Assembly (NCBI GenBank): GCA_046047755.1
Contig: JBJOHK010000114.1
Location: forward strand, 1-60,794
Reading direction: 5' to 3'
Source: Bacteroidota bacterium
GTDB lineage: Bacteria; Bacteroidota; Bacteroidia; NS11-12g; UBA955
Length of the DNA: 60,794 nt
Positions 28,175 through 36,473 of the stretch are shown here, piece by piece (the first letter of the stretch is position 1; the number at the start of each line of letters is the position of its first letter). The notes under the pieces were generated by a model, which was given only the letters and a program-made list of their open reading frames with translations, searched no databases and was not told the origin of the DNA. A program made the translations under genes and the position numbers.

Positions 28175-31100
28175 TCAATTACCACCTACTCCTGGTTCAG
28201 GGGCTGGTGGAACTTCCTGACCTTTCTTGCATTCATCCAACTGCATCTTTACCAGCTGAAGTTGCTTGTTCGCGTCGGCCAACTGGCTTTTCAATTTGGT
28301 GGCGGCATCTTGAGAGGCCTTGAGTTGCAATTGCAAGTCACTGTTGCTGGATTGACAGGCCTGAATGGTCTCTGCTTGGCTATCAATTTCGGCATTCAAC
28401 TGAGCCAATGTCTGCTTCAGCTTGGCAATCTCTGCCTTGGCATCATTCAACGCAACATCGGAATCGTCATTTCCTGCCTCTTTCAATTGCTGTTCACAAC
28501 TGGCTAATTTGGACTTCAATTCCTGAACAGCTTTGTTGCAGACTTCATATTCTGCCATTACCGCGTTGTACTGAGACTTAGCAGCACTCAAATCACTTTC
28601 CAACTGACTCTTTTCGGATTTGAGTTTTTCATTCTCGGCTTCTAACGTTGAAATCTTCTTTTTGGCAGCTTCTAGTTCGGCCGTGATTTGATCACAGTCA
28701 TTTCCCCCAGAACAATCAGCCAATTGAGCCTGTAAATCAGAGACTTTTTTCTTCTCATTGGTCAAATCAGATTGGGCCTTGTTCAATTGAGCCTCCAAAT
28801 CACTGGCTTTATTTTTATAGGGCGCACAATCTTCAACAGCAGCCAACTGAGCTTTCAAATCGCTCACTTGCTTCTTGTACGGCGCGCAATCCTCAACGGC
28901 AGCCAATTGTGCCTTCAAATCGGTCACCTGCTTCTTGTACGGCGCACAATCCTCAACAGCAGCCAACTGGGCCTCCAACTGAGAGATTTTGGTTTTGTAA
29001 GAACTGCAATCTTCGCCTGAGGCGTTCGCCAATTGATTTTTCAAGGCATCAATCTCTTTTTGCTTGTTATTGACCATGATCTCTAGGTCTGCAGCTGTTT
29101 TCTTGGCTTTGGCTAACTCTTCCTCGCACAATTGAGATTTGGTCTTCCACCCATTCAATTCTGATTGCAGAGCCTTGAGTTGAGCTTCGGTATCGCTCAA
29201 TTTCTTTTTAATGGGCGTACAATCTTCAACAGGCACAGCCAACTTCAATTTCAAAGCTTCGATCTCCTTCTTCAATTGATCGCGTTCTGCCTCAACTGCA
29301 CCCAACGATTTCAAACAATCATCGCTGCGCTTTTGGCATGCGGCTAATTCAGAAACTGCGCGATCTCTTTCAATTTTCACCTTGGACAATTCAGCCGTCA
29401 AGCTTTGGTTTTTCTTTTGTTCAATGGCCAAGAAGCTATCCAAAAGACGGGTTTGTTCTTCACACCCAGAACCAGAAGCTTGTTTGAGTCTATCCAGTTC
29501 AAACTGCAGACGATCGCGCTCTTGCTGCAGGCCATCGGCTCTATTTTTCGCTTCTTCTGCGCTTATTTCTGCTTTTTTCCGCTTGTCTTCTTCTTGGGCC
29601 AATGCTTCGTCACAACGTTTCTTCTCCTCCAACCACTGGTCTTGTAGTTCTTTGTTGCGCTTTTGCTCTTTGGCTAACTCAGCTTCTACAGCGGCTAGCT
29701 TCTTTTTCGTGTCTTCCAAAACGCGATCCTCGATGGGGTCGACTGGGCTCACTGGAGCCTCTTTGTATAAGGTGTCATGAACGACCTTCACCGTTTCGAT
29801 TCTCAGGGTATCTATTCGATACTCGCTATTCGTATAGACGGTATCTCTAATGGTCTGCACACGTTCAACAAAAACCGTGTCGCAGGCTTTGCTCGAATCA
29901 GTCTGTTGAACATCATAGGTAGGTTCCACGTAGGTTTCTTCGTACCAGGGCAAACAATCACCCAACTTGGAGCGAACGCCAAAATAGAAATTCGCCCCTC
30001 CCATTGTTTTTCCGCTTTGCCAATTCTTGTAACCTACTAGGTTATCGCTTCCCAAAGTCAGTGGCCCAATTCGAACGTAGGCCCCCAGTTGCAAGTTGCG
30101 GTATTGATTGGTCAGACTAAGAGGAAACCCGTATTCCAATCGCTCAGATTGATGACGAGGAACCACGCTAATGTAAGAAGCACGGTGTAATCCGCTGGAG
30201 TTGATAGCCTTCAAATCTTGGGTCCAATAAGCTCCGACATGCCAATGAAAAGGTTCGGCACTTCCTTCTAAACCGTAACGGGTCAACCGTTTATCAAATT
30301 GCATATTCAGGGCGGCGGGTGTATAGCTAATGAAACCCGATTCAGCTTGAGCATTATTCGCCACAAAGACAGTTGAATTCAAAGAACTGAACCGCTGGTT
30401 CGAACCTGAACCTACGGTAGGTTGATAAGACAAGCTACCCCCTTGTTGATTCAAGGTTTGAGACTCGCCGTCGTACCAAATCAATCCCAAATCGGTAATA
30501 GAAGCTCCAAACTTCCATTCGTACTGTTGTTGCTCTTCCCAATCACAAGGGCTTAAAAAGTCAAACCTTCTCGCTGCATTGGGCCTGTATTCATAAACAA
30601 ATCCCAAATCAACCCCCATTCCCGCACCATATGGAATGCGAAAATTCAAGCCCCAGGGCCCTGATAAAGTGCTAGAAGCTGATTCATCATCCGTGTATTG
30701 CAAACGCATTCTGACATCTTGAGCATCAGCGGTAACCACATTCCCTACCTGGGCCATATTCATCAGATTCACGGCGGCACCGTTTAAGCTTGCCGCTCCC
30801 ATTCCAATGATGAATTTGGGAGTAACGCCCCAGCGATAAGCTCTGGTTCGCTGAGCTAAACTCTTAGCAGACCATCCGTCTGACCAAGCTCCCGATTCCC
30901 CACTAAAGGAAAAAAACCACTCTTGGTATTGGTCAGTATTGATGGAAAAAGCTGTCTGATTGAGTGAATTGAAGTTGGTAATGGAACCACCGTTGCGCAA
31001 GAGCAAAGCCCAATCTTCACTTACTCCATTTAAACTCAAACCGCTTATCGCTTTGACACCAAACCCAAAACTTGCACGGGGACCCAAAGGCAAAAAGAAC

Positions 31101-31396
31101 GAGGGACCATACACCTCATTCATGGCATTCATACGATGGAAATTGGTTCGAGGGTTAGGCGAATTCCAGGATTGGTCCAAATTCATGTCAAACTCTGGGC
31201 TCAAGGCCAAACTTCCTCCCCACCAATTGAAATAAGCCCGGTTACCCAAACTGCTTCTAGTCAAAGCTGGATTTAGGGAATACGCATATGGGGTATTCAA
31301 GTCACCCACAACAAGCCCCATAGGGTGTTGAGCTATCACGGCCACAGGCGACAATAAAATCAAAGTGGCAGCCAGTAGGATTCGTTTCACGTTCAT
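28175..31396 (-). CDS. Uncharacterised 1073-aa envelope protein with a signal peptide, a beta-rich barrel-like domain (aa ~23-478) and a ~500-aa Cys-punctuated coiled coil
   Basis: The signal peptide is MNVKRILLAATLILLSPVAVIAQ. The N-terminal half is rich in G/S/N/Y/W/F in alternating patterns and ends ..GGANFYFGVRSKL. The C-terminal half is K/E/Q/A/L heptad-like sequence. It carries 18 of the protein's 19 cysteines. Confidence 0.8.
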   Translation of the reverse strand: MNVKRILLAATLILLSPVAVIAQHPMGLVVGDLNTPYAYSLNPALTRSSLGNRAYFNWWGGSLALSPEFDMNLDQSWNSPNPRTNFHRMNAMNEVYGPSFFLPLGPRASFGFGVKAISGLSLNGVSEDWALLLRNGGSITNFNSLNQTAFSINTDQYQEWFFSFSGESGAWSDGWSAKSLAQRTRAYRWGVTPKFIIGMGAASLNGAAVNLMNMAQVGNVVTADAQDVRMRLQYTDDESASSTLSGPWGLNFRIPYGAGMGVDLGFVYEYRPNAARRFDFLSPCDWEEQQQYEWKFGASITDLGLIWYDGESQTLNQQGGSLSYQPTVGSGSNQRFSSLNSTVFVANNAQAESGFISYTPAALNMQFDKRLTRYGLEGSAEPFHWHVGAYWTQDLKAINSSGLHRASYISVVPRHQSERLEYGFPLSLTNQYRNLQLGAYVRIGPLTLGSDNLVGYKNWQSGKTMGGANFYFGVRSKLGDCLPWYEETYVEPTYDVQQTDSSKACDTVFVERVQTIRDTVYTNSEYRIDTLRIETVKVVHDTLYKEAPVSPVDPIEDRVLEDTKKKLAAVEAELAKEQKRNKELQDQWLEEKKRCDEALAQEEDKRKKAEISAEEAKNRADGLQQERDRLQFELDRLKQASGSGCEEQTRLLDSFLAIEQKKNQSLTAELSKVKIERDRAVSELAACQKRSDDCLKSLGAVEAERDQLKKEIEALKLKLAVPVEDCTPIKKKLSDTEAQLKALQSELNGWKTKSQLCEEELAKAKKTAADLEIMVNNKQKEIDALKNQLANASGEDCSSYKTKISQLEAQLAAVEDCAPYKKQVTDLKAQLAAVEDCAPYKKQVSDLKAQLAAVEDCAPYKNKASDLEAQLNKAQSDLTNEKKKVSDLQAQLADCSGGNDCDQITAELEAAKKKISTLEAENEKLKSEKSQLESDLSAAKSQYNAVMAEYEVCNKAVQELKSKLASCEQQLKEAGNDDSDVALNDAKAEIAKLKQTLAQLNAEIDSQAETIQACQSSNSDLQLQLKASQDAATKLKSQLADANKQLQLVKMQLDECKKGQEVPPAPEPGVGGN
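28781..29017 (-). repeat. In-frame 60-nt (20-aa) tandem repeat, ~4 units, inside the coiled-coil gene
   Basis: The units are YKTKISQLEAQLAAVEDCAP, YKKQVTDLKAQLAAVEDCAP, YKKQVSDLKAQLAAVEDCAP and YKNKASDLEAQL... The two central units (28881-28940 and 28821-28880) differ at 8 of 60 nt, and 7 of those differences are synonymous. Confidence 0.85.
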
Positions 31397-31406
31397 AGTA
31401 TTAGGT

Positions 31407-31414
31407 CAAAATTA
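31407..31414 (-). promoter_or_regulatory. Candidate -7 box (TAATTTTG on the minus strand) for the 1073-aa gene
   Basis: Exact TAnnTTTG match on the minus strand, 10 nt upstream of the ATG at 31396. Confidence 0.3.
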
Positions 31415-31501
31415 ACCAATATTGGGGCCGTTTAACCCATGGGCAGTGATGTTTGACGACAAAAAACATGGGGATGACCGATGGGCGATTAATTTCGCAG
31501 C

Positions 31502-33250
31502 ATGTGGTCGTTTCTGAAACGGGTTTTGATCAGTGCTCTGGGAACCTTTATTGGCCTAGGGCTTCTGGCCTTGGTTTTGGTAGGAATTGTTGCTTCTATT
31601 TCTATTTCAGAAGACGAGCCTATCGATTTGAACAATACTCCTCACATTTTGAGCATTGATCTGAGTTCGGGCATCGCAGAACGTCAAGAATCAGACCCCG
31701 TATTGGAACTGTTATCCAAATCGAAGAATCAGCCTTTGGGCATTCATCAGTGGTCTTTATTATTGGAGAACGCGGCGAAAGATCCAAATATTTCAGGCAT
31801 ATGGCTAAACAGTGGCAATTACTCCGGCGGATGGGCCCAAGCCCGTGAATTCCGTGATTTGCTACAGAAATTCCAATTGAGCGGCAAGCCTGTTTACGCT
31901 CACTCCTTCCTGTATTCAGAAGCAGGGTTGTACATATCTAGCACAGCCGATCTTGTTTCCATTAACCCCAAAGGGATGGTTGAATTCAATGGAATGGCCA
32001 GCCAAATTGTCATGTACAAAGGTTTATTGGACAAAGCGGGAATCGATGTACAAGTATTCAAAGTGGGTCAATTCAAGGGAGCCGTAGAACCCTTTATTAA
32101 CGATGAACTCTCCGAGCCCAACAGGGCCCAAATCAATCGCTACTTGAGCGAATTATATAAAACCCAAATACAGGACATGGCCATTAGCCGCAAGCGCAGT
32201 TTTGAGGAATTCTGGTCTTTGTCCATGTCGGGCGTCACCCCATTTCCCGAGCAGGCCCAAAGTCAGGGCTTGGTAGACACCTTGGAATACGAGGATGCAG
32301 CCAAAAAGCATTTTCAATCCTTATTGAAAGGCTCCAAAGACCAACCCGAAATTAGCGCCTCAGATTATTGGAATAGCTTTGACCATTATCACTATAATGC
32401 TAACAAAATCGCCATTTTATACGCAGAAGGTGATATCGTGATGGGAAAAGGAAACAGCGACCAAATTGGCGATGAATCACTAGTGAAGGAAATTCGCAAT
32501 TTGGCTAACAATGAATCCATCAAAGCCGTTGTTTTACGTATAAATAGCCCAGGAGGCAGCAGTTTTGCCTCTGATATTATCGCCCATGAATTGGCCGAAT
32601 TGAAACGCAAAAAACCGCTAATTGTGAGCTTTTCAAACGTTAGTGCTAGCGGAGGTTACTACATGTCTTGCATGGCCGATAGCATTTTTGCTCAACCCAA
32701 CTCCATTACGGGTTCGATCGGTGTTTTCGCCTTGATACCGAACAGTTCAAAATTGTACAAAGAAACTTTAGGTCTATCGTACGAAACCGTAGAATTGGGA
32801 CAAGAATCTGTATTGATTCGACCAGACAAACCCTTGAGTCCAGGCCAACAAGCTCTGATGCAACAAAGTGTCAATCGCATATATGGTGATTTTACTCAAT
32901 GGGTAGCCAAGGGACGGCAGATACCGCTGGACTCTATATTGGCTTGGGCACAAGGGCGCGTTTATGCGGGAACCGACGCCAAGCAATTGGGTTTGATTGA
33001 TGATTTTGGCGGGCTCAATAGGAGTTTACTTTCTGCACAACGAATGGCCAAACTCGAGGATTTTCAAATTCAAGAATTCCCTGAAAAGAAGTCGGTAATT
33101 GAGCTTTTAATGGACGGAGAAGTAAATGCCTCGATTCAGTCCTACATGTGGTCAAATCTAGGCCTTGATGCCGGCAAATTGAAAGATGCGACATCGGTGC
33201 AACACCTGTTTGGCATACAATCCCGTTTGCCTTGGTCGATGCCAAACTAA
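31502..33250 (+). CDS. sppA: Signal peptide peptidase SppA, 67K type
   Basis: It has an N-terminal TM segment and two ClpP/crotonase-like halves (VLRINSPGGSSFASD, SASGGYYMSC). The 582-aa length fits the 67K type. Confidence 0.85.
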   Translation: MWSFLKRVLISALGTFIGLGLLALVLVGIVASISISEDEPIDLNNTPHILSIDLSSGIAERQESDPVLELLSKSKNQPLGIHQWSLLLENAAKDPNISGIWLNSGNYSGGWAQAREFRDLLQKFQLSGKPVYAHSFLYSEAGLYISSTADLVSINPKGMVEFNGMASQIVMYKGLLDKAGIDVQVFKVGQFKGAVEPFINDELSEPNRAQINRYLSELYKTQIQDMAISRKRSFEEFWSLSMSGVTPFPEQAQSQGLVDTLEYEDAAKKHFQSLLKGSKDQPEISASDYWNSFDHYHYNANKIAILYAEGDIVMGKGNSDQIGDESLVKEIRNLANNESIKAVVLRINSPGGSSFASDIIAHELAELKRKKPLIVSFSNVSASGGYYMSCMADSIFAQPNSITGSIGVFALIPNSSKLYKETLGLSYETVELGQESVLIRPDKPLSPGQQALMQQSVNRIYGDFTQWVAKGRQIPLDSILAWAQGRVYAGTDAKQLGLIDDFGGLNRSLLSAQRMAKLEDFQIQEFPEKKSVIELLMDGEVNASIQSYMWSNLGLDAGKLKDATSVQHLFGIQSRLPWSMPN

Positions 33251-33263
33251 CCTTAGTCGACCT

Positions 33264-33311
33264 GGAAACTTTTAATGTGTAAATAGTTTCCAAAGGAGTT
33301 ACAAGTTAACT
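33264..33311 (+). promoter_or_regulatory. Candidate TetR operator region (inverted repeat GGAAACT-N14-AGTTTCC plus palindrome AGTTAACT)
   Basis: A perfect 7-bp inverted repeat lies at 33264-33270 and 33285-33291. A perfect 8-bp palindrome lies at 33304-33311 and abuts the -7 box of the TetR/efflux operon. Confidence 0.3.
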
Positions 33312-33318
33312 ACCTTTG
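33311..33318 (+). promoter_or_regulatory. Candidate -7 box (TACCTTTG) for the TetR-efflux operon
   Basis: Exact TAnnTTTG match ending 9 nt before the ATG at 33328. The track's TTG start (33316) lies inside this box. Confidence 0.35.
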
Positions 33319-33327
33319 CGGCGCTTT

Positions 33328-33954
33328 ATGGAGGTAATGGCGCGCATACAATCAACGGCAGAAAAATTATTCAACCGTTTTGGCATTCGCAGCATCACCA
33401 TGGATGATGTCGCCAAGGAAATTTCCATTTCCAAAAAAACGCTGTATAAACACTACCCTGATAAGAATGAATTGGTGCGCAGTACGGTTCAAAAAATACT
33501 GGATCGCATTTCTAAGCAATTCACCACTATTCTAGCCAACGAGCCCAACCCTATCCTTCAGTTGCATGCCATTTCCAGGTTCATGATTGACATGTTGGAA
33601 CACATGAACCCCAGCATGATGTATGACCTCGAAAAATACCACAGGGATTGTTTTGATCTTTTTATCGAACACAGGGAAATGCATGCGCTTCACAATGCCA
33701 AGAGCAATTTGGAGGCCGGAAAATCTCAAGGCCTATACCGAGAGGATGTAGACGACGAAATCATTGCTAGAGCTTTCTATGCCATGATGTTCAACTTACT
33801 CGGGCCGCAAGAATCTTCCTACCAACATCAAGTAGAGAGCAAAATGCAGTTAGTCAACACACTTATAAAATATCACCTCCATGGCATTTGCACGGAAAAG
33901 GGCTTAGCCATGGTTCAAAATATCAATTGGAATCAGACAATCACTCATGAATAG
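33328..33954 (+). CDS. TetR/AcrR family transcriptional regulator
   Basis: The HTH is FGIRSITMDDVAKEISISKKTLYKHYPDKNELV. The start could be the ATG at 33328 or at 33337. Confidence 0.85.
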   Translation: MEVMARIQSTAEKLFNRFGIRSITMDDVAKEISISKKTLYKHYPDKNELVRSTVQKILDRISKQFTTILANEPNPILQLHAISRFMIDMLEHMNPSMMYDLEKYHRDCFDLFIEHREMHALHNAKSNLEAGKSQGLYREDVDDEIIARAFYAMMFNLLGPQESSYQHQVESKMQLVNTLIKYHLHGICTEKGLAMVQNINWNQTITHE

Positions 33955-35293
33955 CAAAATTTTCAGCCTTCTGGCCCTTTGCGGGCTAAGCGGTTTCGGC
34001 ATGGCACAAAGCAGCTTCAGCCTTGACGAAGCCATCGCCTATGGCAAGGCTCACAACCCCGCTTACACCAATGCCGGTCACGATGTTGCCATCGCTCAAG
34101 AAACCGTGAATCAAACCTTGGCATTGGGTCTGCCTCAGATCTCTGCTAGCGGCAATTACCAGCAATTCCTAACCGTACCAGGGTCCTGGATCAAAAATTC
34201 ATTTTCTACTCAACCGGGAGCCCCAGAGTATATTTTCCTGCAATTCCAACAGGCCTATACCTCATCAGCCAATCTCTCCGTCAACCAATTGATTTTTGAC
34301 GGAACCTATTTTGTTGGCTTGAAGGCTTCAAAAGAATTTGTCAATCTAAGCCAACTTCAAGAGAATTTGAGCGAACAGAATCTCAAGTCTTCCATTACAA
34401 AGGCTTATGTATTGGTGGGAAGTCTACAAAAGAACCAAGAATTCATCAAAGCAAACAAGGCCATCATCCACCAAAGTTTGCAGGAAATGATAGCCTTGAA
34501 CAAGGAGGGATTCACTGAATCTTTGGACGTTCAACGCTTAGAATTGAATTACCGAAACATCGTACTGCAAGAAGAAAAACTCAACATGGGTATTGCCATG
34601 GCCTTGAATGCCCTCAAACTTCAAATGGGATATCCCATGAGCGAAGAAATCGCCATCAGCCAAAACTTGGAAGAGTTGAATGCCAGTATGAGCAGCATCG
34701 ATGCCGAACTCAACAATTTTAACCCTAATACACGCTTGGAGTACCAATTGTTGAACCAAAGCATTTTACTGAATGAGATGGACAAGAAGCGTTACCAAAT
34801 GGGATACATTCCTCAAATTGTAGGCTTCTATCAGCATCAAGAAACCACCCAACGTCCTGAATTCAACTTCTTTCAGTCAAACCTAACCCCGAATAACAAT
34901 TGGGTGCCCTCTAATGCCATTGGTTTGAGCATGCGTTTGACCGTGTTCGATGGTTTGAAAACTCCGGCTAAACTTCGTGAAATTGATCACAAAATTGAAA
35001 AGGGCCAGAATGACTTGAATCAGTTTGAGAATGCCGCATGGTTGCAGTACCAAAACGCCAAACGAAGCTATGAATTGAATCTAACCCAGGCTGAAATACA
35101 AAAAGAAAGTTTGGATCTGGCCCAAGACATCTACAACAAATCCCTGTTGAAATTCAAGGAAGGTGTAGGTTCTTCTCTGGAAGTGACTCAAGCCGAAACC
35201 GAATTAAAAACGGCTCAAAACAATTACCTCAATGCCATATACGACTTGGTATTATCCAAAGTCGACCTAAAAACAGCTTATGGCTCCCTTTAA
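33947..35293 (+). CDS. TolC-family outer membrane efflux protein
   Basis: It has a signal peptide and two OEP repeats (SLDEAIAYGKAHNPAY... and ...NYLNAIYDLVLSKVDLKTAYG). It overlaps the tetR stop by 8 nt. Confidence 0.85.
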   Translation: MNSKIFSLLALCGLSGFGMAQSSFSLDEAIAYGKAHNPAYTNAGHDVAIAQETVNQTLALGLPQISASGNYQQFLTVPGSWIKNSFSTQPGAPEYIFLQFQQAYTSSANLSVNQLIFDGTYFVGLKASKEFVNLSQLQENLSEQNLKSSITKAYVLVGSLQKNQEFIKANKAIIHQSLQEMIALNKEGFTESLDVQRLELNYRNIVLQEEKLNMGIAMALNALKLQMGYPMSEEIAISQNLEELNASMSSIDAELNNFNPNTRLEYQLLNQSILLNEMDKKRYQMGYIPQIVGFYQHQETTQRPEFNFFQSNLTPNNNWVPSNAIGLSMRLTVFDGLKTPAKLREIDHKIEKGQNDLNQFENAAWLQYQNAKRSYELNLTQAEIQKESLDLAQDIYNKSLLKFKEGVGSSLEVTQAETELKTAQNNYLNAIYDLVLSKVDLKTAYGSL

Positions 35294-35306
35294 CATAACC
35301 CCATCC

Positions 35307-36470
35307 ATGAAGAAGATTGCGTATACCCTAATGGCCTCCCTGGCCATAGTTGCTTGTTCATCACCTGAAGGCAACTCACTCGAAGCCAAAAAGAAAGAAC
35401 TAGAAAGCCTGAACAAACAAATTGCCGAACTCCAAACTCAAGCCAAAAACTTGGAGATGGAAATCCTCGAATTGGACAGCACAGGTTCTACTGGCAAGTT
35501 GGTTGCCGTTCAAACCCTAGAGTCGAGATCATTCGAAAGCTATGTAAGCTTAGAAGGCGTCGTAGATGCCGAAGAAAGCACCTTGGCTACCGCCCAGGTT
35601 CCTGGATTGGTAACTCAAGTCCTGGTTAAGGCTGGACAGCGCGTCAGCAAGGGCCAAACCTTAGCCATTTTGGATCAATCAACCTTGAACAAAAGCCGTA
35701 TCGAACTGCAGCAAAAATTGGAATTCGCCACGACTGTCTTCGATAAGCAAGCTCGTTTGTGGAGCCAAGGAATTGGTACCGAAATCCAGTACTTGAATGC
35801 CAAAAATCAAAAAGAATCGTTAGAGAATGCCTTGGAGACAATGGGTGCTCAAATGGATCTGTACCGAATCAAATCGCCCATCAATGGTACCGTAGAAGTA
35901 GCCGATGTGAAAGTAGGACAATCTGTGGCCCCTGGCCTACCCTTGTTCCGTGTGGTCAACTTGTCCCGTTCGAAAGTCAAAGCTTCCGTATCGGAGAATT
36001 ACAGCAATCTTATCAAACAGGGTGCTGAAGTATACCTTCAATTCCCAGATTTGGGCGAGCAGTGGCATAAGGCAAACATTGACTTTGTCTCCAAATTCAT
36101 TGATCCCTTGAATCGCACGTTTGGCGTTGAGATTTTCTTGAATGGCGCTGGTATTGCCCAACAAGTAAAGCCCAATATGATTGCCAAATTGCGCATAAGC
36201 GAGTACAAGAATGCTCAGGCCATGGCTGTTCCTTCCAATTGCATCCAGTACAACGATGAAACGGCTTTCATTGTAACGGCCCAAGAAAAAGGCAATCAGG
36301 CTATAGCTCGAATTTGTTCGGTTACCACAGGAAAAAGCAGCGACGGGCTTACCGAAATCATCAATGGTCAATTCAACGATTCCGCTACACTTTCAGAGGG
36401 AATGAAGGTCATAACGGCTGGATTCCAAGAACTCAACGAAGGGCAATTCATCGAAATCAGCAAACGCTAA
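35307..36470 (+). CDS. Efflux RND transporter periplasmic adaptor (membrane fusion protein)
   Basis: The ATG at 35307 gives the lipoprotein signal MKKIAYTLMASLAIVACSS. A coiled-coil hairpin and a barrel-sandwich hybrid (GQRVSKGQTLAILD) follow. Confidence 0.85.
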   Translation: MKKIAYTLMASLAIVACSSPEGNSLEAKKKELESLNKQIAELQTQAKNLEMEILELDSTGSTGKLVAVQTLESRSFESYVSLEGVVDAEESTLATAQVPGLVTQVLVKAGQRVSKGQTLAILDQSTLNKSRIELQQKLEFATTVFDKQARLWSQGIGTEIQYLNAKNQKESLENALETMGAQMDLYRIKSPINGTVEVADVKVGQSVAPGLPLFRVVNLSRSKVKASVSENYSNLIKQGAEVYLQFPDLGEQWHKANIDFVSKFIDPLNRTFGVEIFLNGAGIAQQVKPNMIAKLRISEYKNAQAMAVPSNCIQYNDETAFIVTAQEKGNQAIARICSVTTGKSSDGLTEIINGQFNDSATLSEGMKVITAGFQELNEGQFIEISKR

Positions 36471-36473
36471 CCC

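Noticed and set aside
28781-29017. The regular 60-nt repeats were considered as a CRISPR array or a non-coding VNTR.
   Set aside because: The repeats are contiguous with no spacers. They are in frame within a long ORF and conserved at the amino-acid level. No cas genes are present.
29382-29780. A 132-aa plus-strand Ser/Phe/Cys-rich ORF, and several 60-90-aa neighbours, lie opposite the coiled-coil gene.
   Set aside because: The complement of repetitive Lys/Glu/Ala/Gln/Leu codons naturally yields stop-poor Ser/Phe/Leu/Cys frames. Nothing independent supports these ORFs.
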